Origin: an uncultured delta proteobacterium
GTDB lineage: Bacteria > Myxococcota_A > Polyangia > Polyangiales > B10-G4
Reading direction: 5' to 3'
NCBI GenBank assembly: GCA_963727445.1
Contig: CAVSGI010000005.1
Coordinates: 128,001 to 192,000, forward strand
DNA length: 64,000 bases
Numbering within the stretch: the stretch's first letter is position 1; each line of letters starts with the position of its first letter. The translations under genes and the position numbers were made by a program. Shown piece by piece: positions 62,428 through 64,000 of the stretch. The notes beneath the pieces were generated by a model, which saw only the letters and a program-made list of their open reading frames with translations, did not search any database and had not been told where the DNA came from.

Positions 62428-63041
62428 AGCCGGACGTCTACGAGCAGGAAATGGCGCTTGATGGGCCGGTCCGCTTTCGCGACCGGCACAGCGACCGCGC
62501 CGTCATCGCTTACGCCCTCGGGGTGACGGGCTTCGTCGGCCTCTTCGCGCTCTTTGGCGTCGCCGCGCCGGTCGTCGCGTTCCTGGGTGGGGTCGCGGCC
62601 CTGGGCATCGGGCTCAACCTCGCCCACGCGAGCTACCGCGTGGTGGTCACGCCGCGCACGCTGCACGTGCAGCACGGCTTTCGCATCCAGCGCATCCCGC
62701 TGTCGGCGATCAGCTCGGTGGCCGTCGTGCCCTACGAGGGGGCCATCGCGCCCAAGGTGGGGCGCGGGCTGCACAAGCAGTCGGCCGACGGCGCGGTGCA
62801 CGCGTATCGCGCGCCGGGTCTACACGAGATGGTGCGCATCACCTGGCACCAGGGCAGCCGCGCCCGCGTGACGAGCATCGCTTCGGACCGCGCCGTCGAG
62901 CTCGCGAAGGCGATTCGAACGCGCGGGGACGACGCGCCGCGCTTTCGCGTGTCCACTTCTCCCGACGCGCAGGGCGAAGAGGAGGCGGCGATGGCCGAGG
63001 TGGAGGCGCTCCTCGAGAGCGATCGCGTTCAGAGGGGATAG
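62424..63041 (+). CDS. Hypothetical membrane protein
   Basis: Two TM segments followed by a beta-rich soluble part. Confidence 0.55.
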   Translation: MKPDVYEQEMALDGPVRFRDRHSDRAVIAYALGVTGFVGLFALFGVAAPVVAFLGGVAALGIGLNLAHASYRVVVTPRTLHVQHGFRIQRIPLSAISSVAVVPYEGAIAPKVGRGLHKQSADGAVHAYRAPGLHEMVRITWHQGSRARVTSIASDRAVELAKAIRTRGDDAPRFRVSTSPDAQGEEEAAMAEVEALLESDRVQRG

Positions 63042-63562
63042 GCGATCCGCACCGACGCGGCGTTCGCCCCCGCCGACTGACGCGGGTCGAGAGGCGTCCG
63101 CAGCACGTCGCTCACCGGCGCGGTCGTGATCGTCCAGCGCGAGGTGATCGCGACGAGGCAACGCGCTTCGTTGGGTCGGGCTTCGCCGAGGGGGGCGTCG
63201 AGGGTCGCTGTTGCGCCGTCGTGGGGATCGTCGGTGCGGGGCGCGAAGGTGAGCTCGACGCGTGCACCCTCGAGCGCCTCGAGGCGCGCGTCCGTGAAGC
63301 AGCAACGCAGCTCGCCGACGCGTGCGGCGAGGTGAGCGCGGAAGGCGTCGTCCGCGACCGGCGCCACGAAGGGAGGGAAGGGCTCGGTGGTTGCCCGGGC
63401 GATGCACGCTCTCGCGGCGGCGTCGGGGAGATCCGGGGCGGCGACGAGTGGGGCCGACATCCGAACGGGCGGCCGCTCTCGGAGATGGGCCGTGGAGTCG
63501 GGTCCGGCGCCGCAGGCACCGAGGACGATGGAGAGCGATGCGAGGAGGAGGAGGGGGCGCAC
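63029..63562 (-). CDS. Hypothetical lipoprotein
   Basis: Lipobox LGAC; C-terminus loosely AgmX/TonB-C-like. Confidence 0.5.
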   Translation of the reverse strand: MRPLLLLASLSIVLGACGAGPDSTAHLRERPPVRMSAPLVAAPDLPDAAARACIARATTEPFPPFVAPVADDAFRAHLAARVGELRCCFTDARLEALEGARVELTFAPRTDDPHDGATATLDAPLGEARPNEARCLVAITSRWTITTAPVSDVLRTPLDPRQSAGANAASVRIAYPL

Positions 63563-63647
63563 CCCACCTCCGACAGCGCCGCCGCGGCCAGGTTCCGGGG
63601 TCCCGCGGGGCCCGGGCTCGTGTCATCATGCCCGCCTGGAAAACCGC

Positions 63648-64000
63648 GTGAAGTGGCCGGACGAACGACCGCAGCTGGTCTGCGTTGTGCTCGCTGCGCT
63701 CGTCGTCGGCGGCGGCGTGTTCGCGCAGGCCGTGAAGGCGCAGCCGGCGTTCCGCGGCTTCGTCGACGGATACCTCGGGGCGCCGACGATGCCCGGGGCG
63801 CTCCCGTCGCCGCCTGCTGGACTTCGCGCGGCGGGGATCGACACCCGGCGCGGCGCGCCGACCCTGCTCCTCGGGAGCGCCACTGTCTCAGCGGCCAGCA
63901 CCAACGATCTACCCCGCCTCGGCGCGTCGCATCTTCGGCGCCTCGCCCCGCTCTACGGCCTGAGCCGGAGCGATCTCCCGCACCGCGGAGCTCGCGGTGG
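63648..64000 (+). CDS. Partial secreted protein, possibly a metallopeptidase pro-region (runs off the right edge)
   Basis: Open from GTG 63648; signal-like hydrophobic stretch, DTRRGAPT, HLRRLAPLYGL. Confidence 0.4.
   Translation, partial: MKWPDERPQLVCVVLAALVVGGGVFAQAVKAQPAFRGFVDGYLGAPTMPGALPSPPAGLRAAGIDTRRGAPTLLLGSATVSAASTNDLPRLGASHLRRLAPLYGLSRSDLPHRGARG

Overview
High-GC bacterial chromosome segment whose gene content and lipoprotein style point to a myxobacterium (Polyangiales-like; inference). 1-39 kb is mostly housekeeping: a regulatory PTS operon (hprK-rapZ-ptsH-ptsI), plsB, rplM-rpsI-argC, tRNA-Val-thrS-infC, rpmI-rplT-pheST-ihfA-merR-tRNA-Pro and surE-apt, with lipoproteins and peptidases in between. 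About 39.4-50.4 kb is a decayed accessory region. It holds an integrase N-terminal remnant, an IS1202/ISNCY fragment, an internally deleted IS91-type (HUH) transposase, a RelE/ParE toxin-antitoxin pair and three copies of a ~47-bp palindromic repeat, two of them at gene-truncation points. 50.4-62.4 kb is the most notable part: a divergent polyhydroxyalkanoate (PHA)-type locus with PhaR-type boxes. It encodes phaR, a phasin, two class III-like PhaC paralogs, a 97-aa PhaE-like protein, a PhaB/FabG-like reductase, an acyl-CoA ligase and a Na+/solute symporter. It also carries an envelope module: an outer-membrane beta-barrel, two paralogous lipoproteins and a lipid-anchored alpha/beta hydrolase. 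Single-base indels in several genes, including essential thrS, suggest sequencing or assembly errors. All family calls are from motif recognition by eye; no searches were run.
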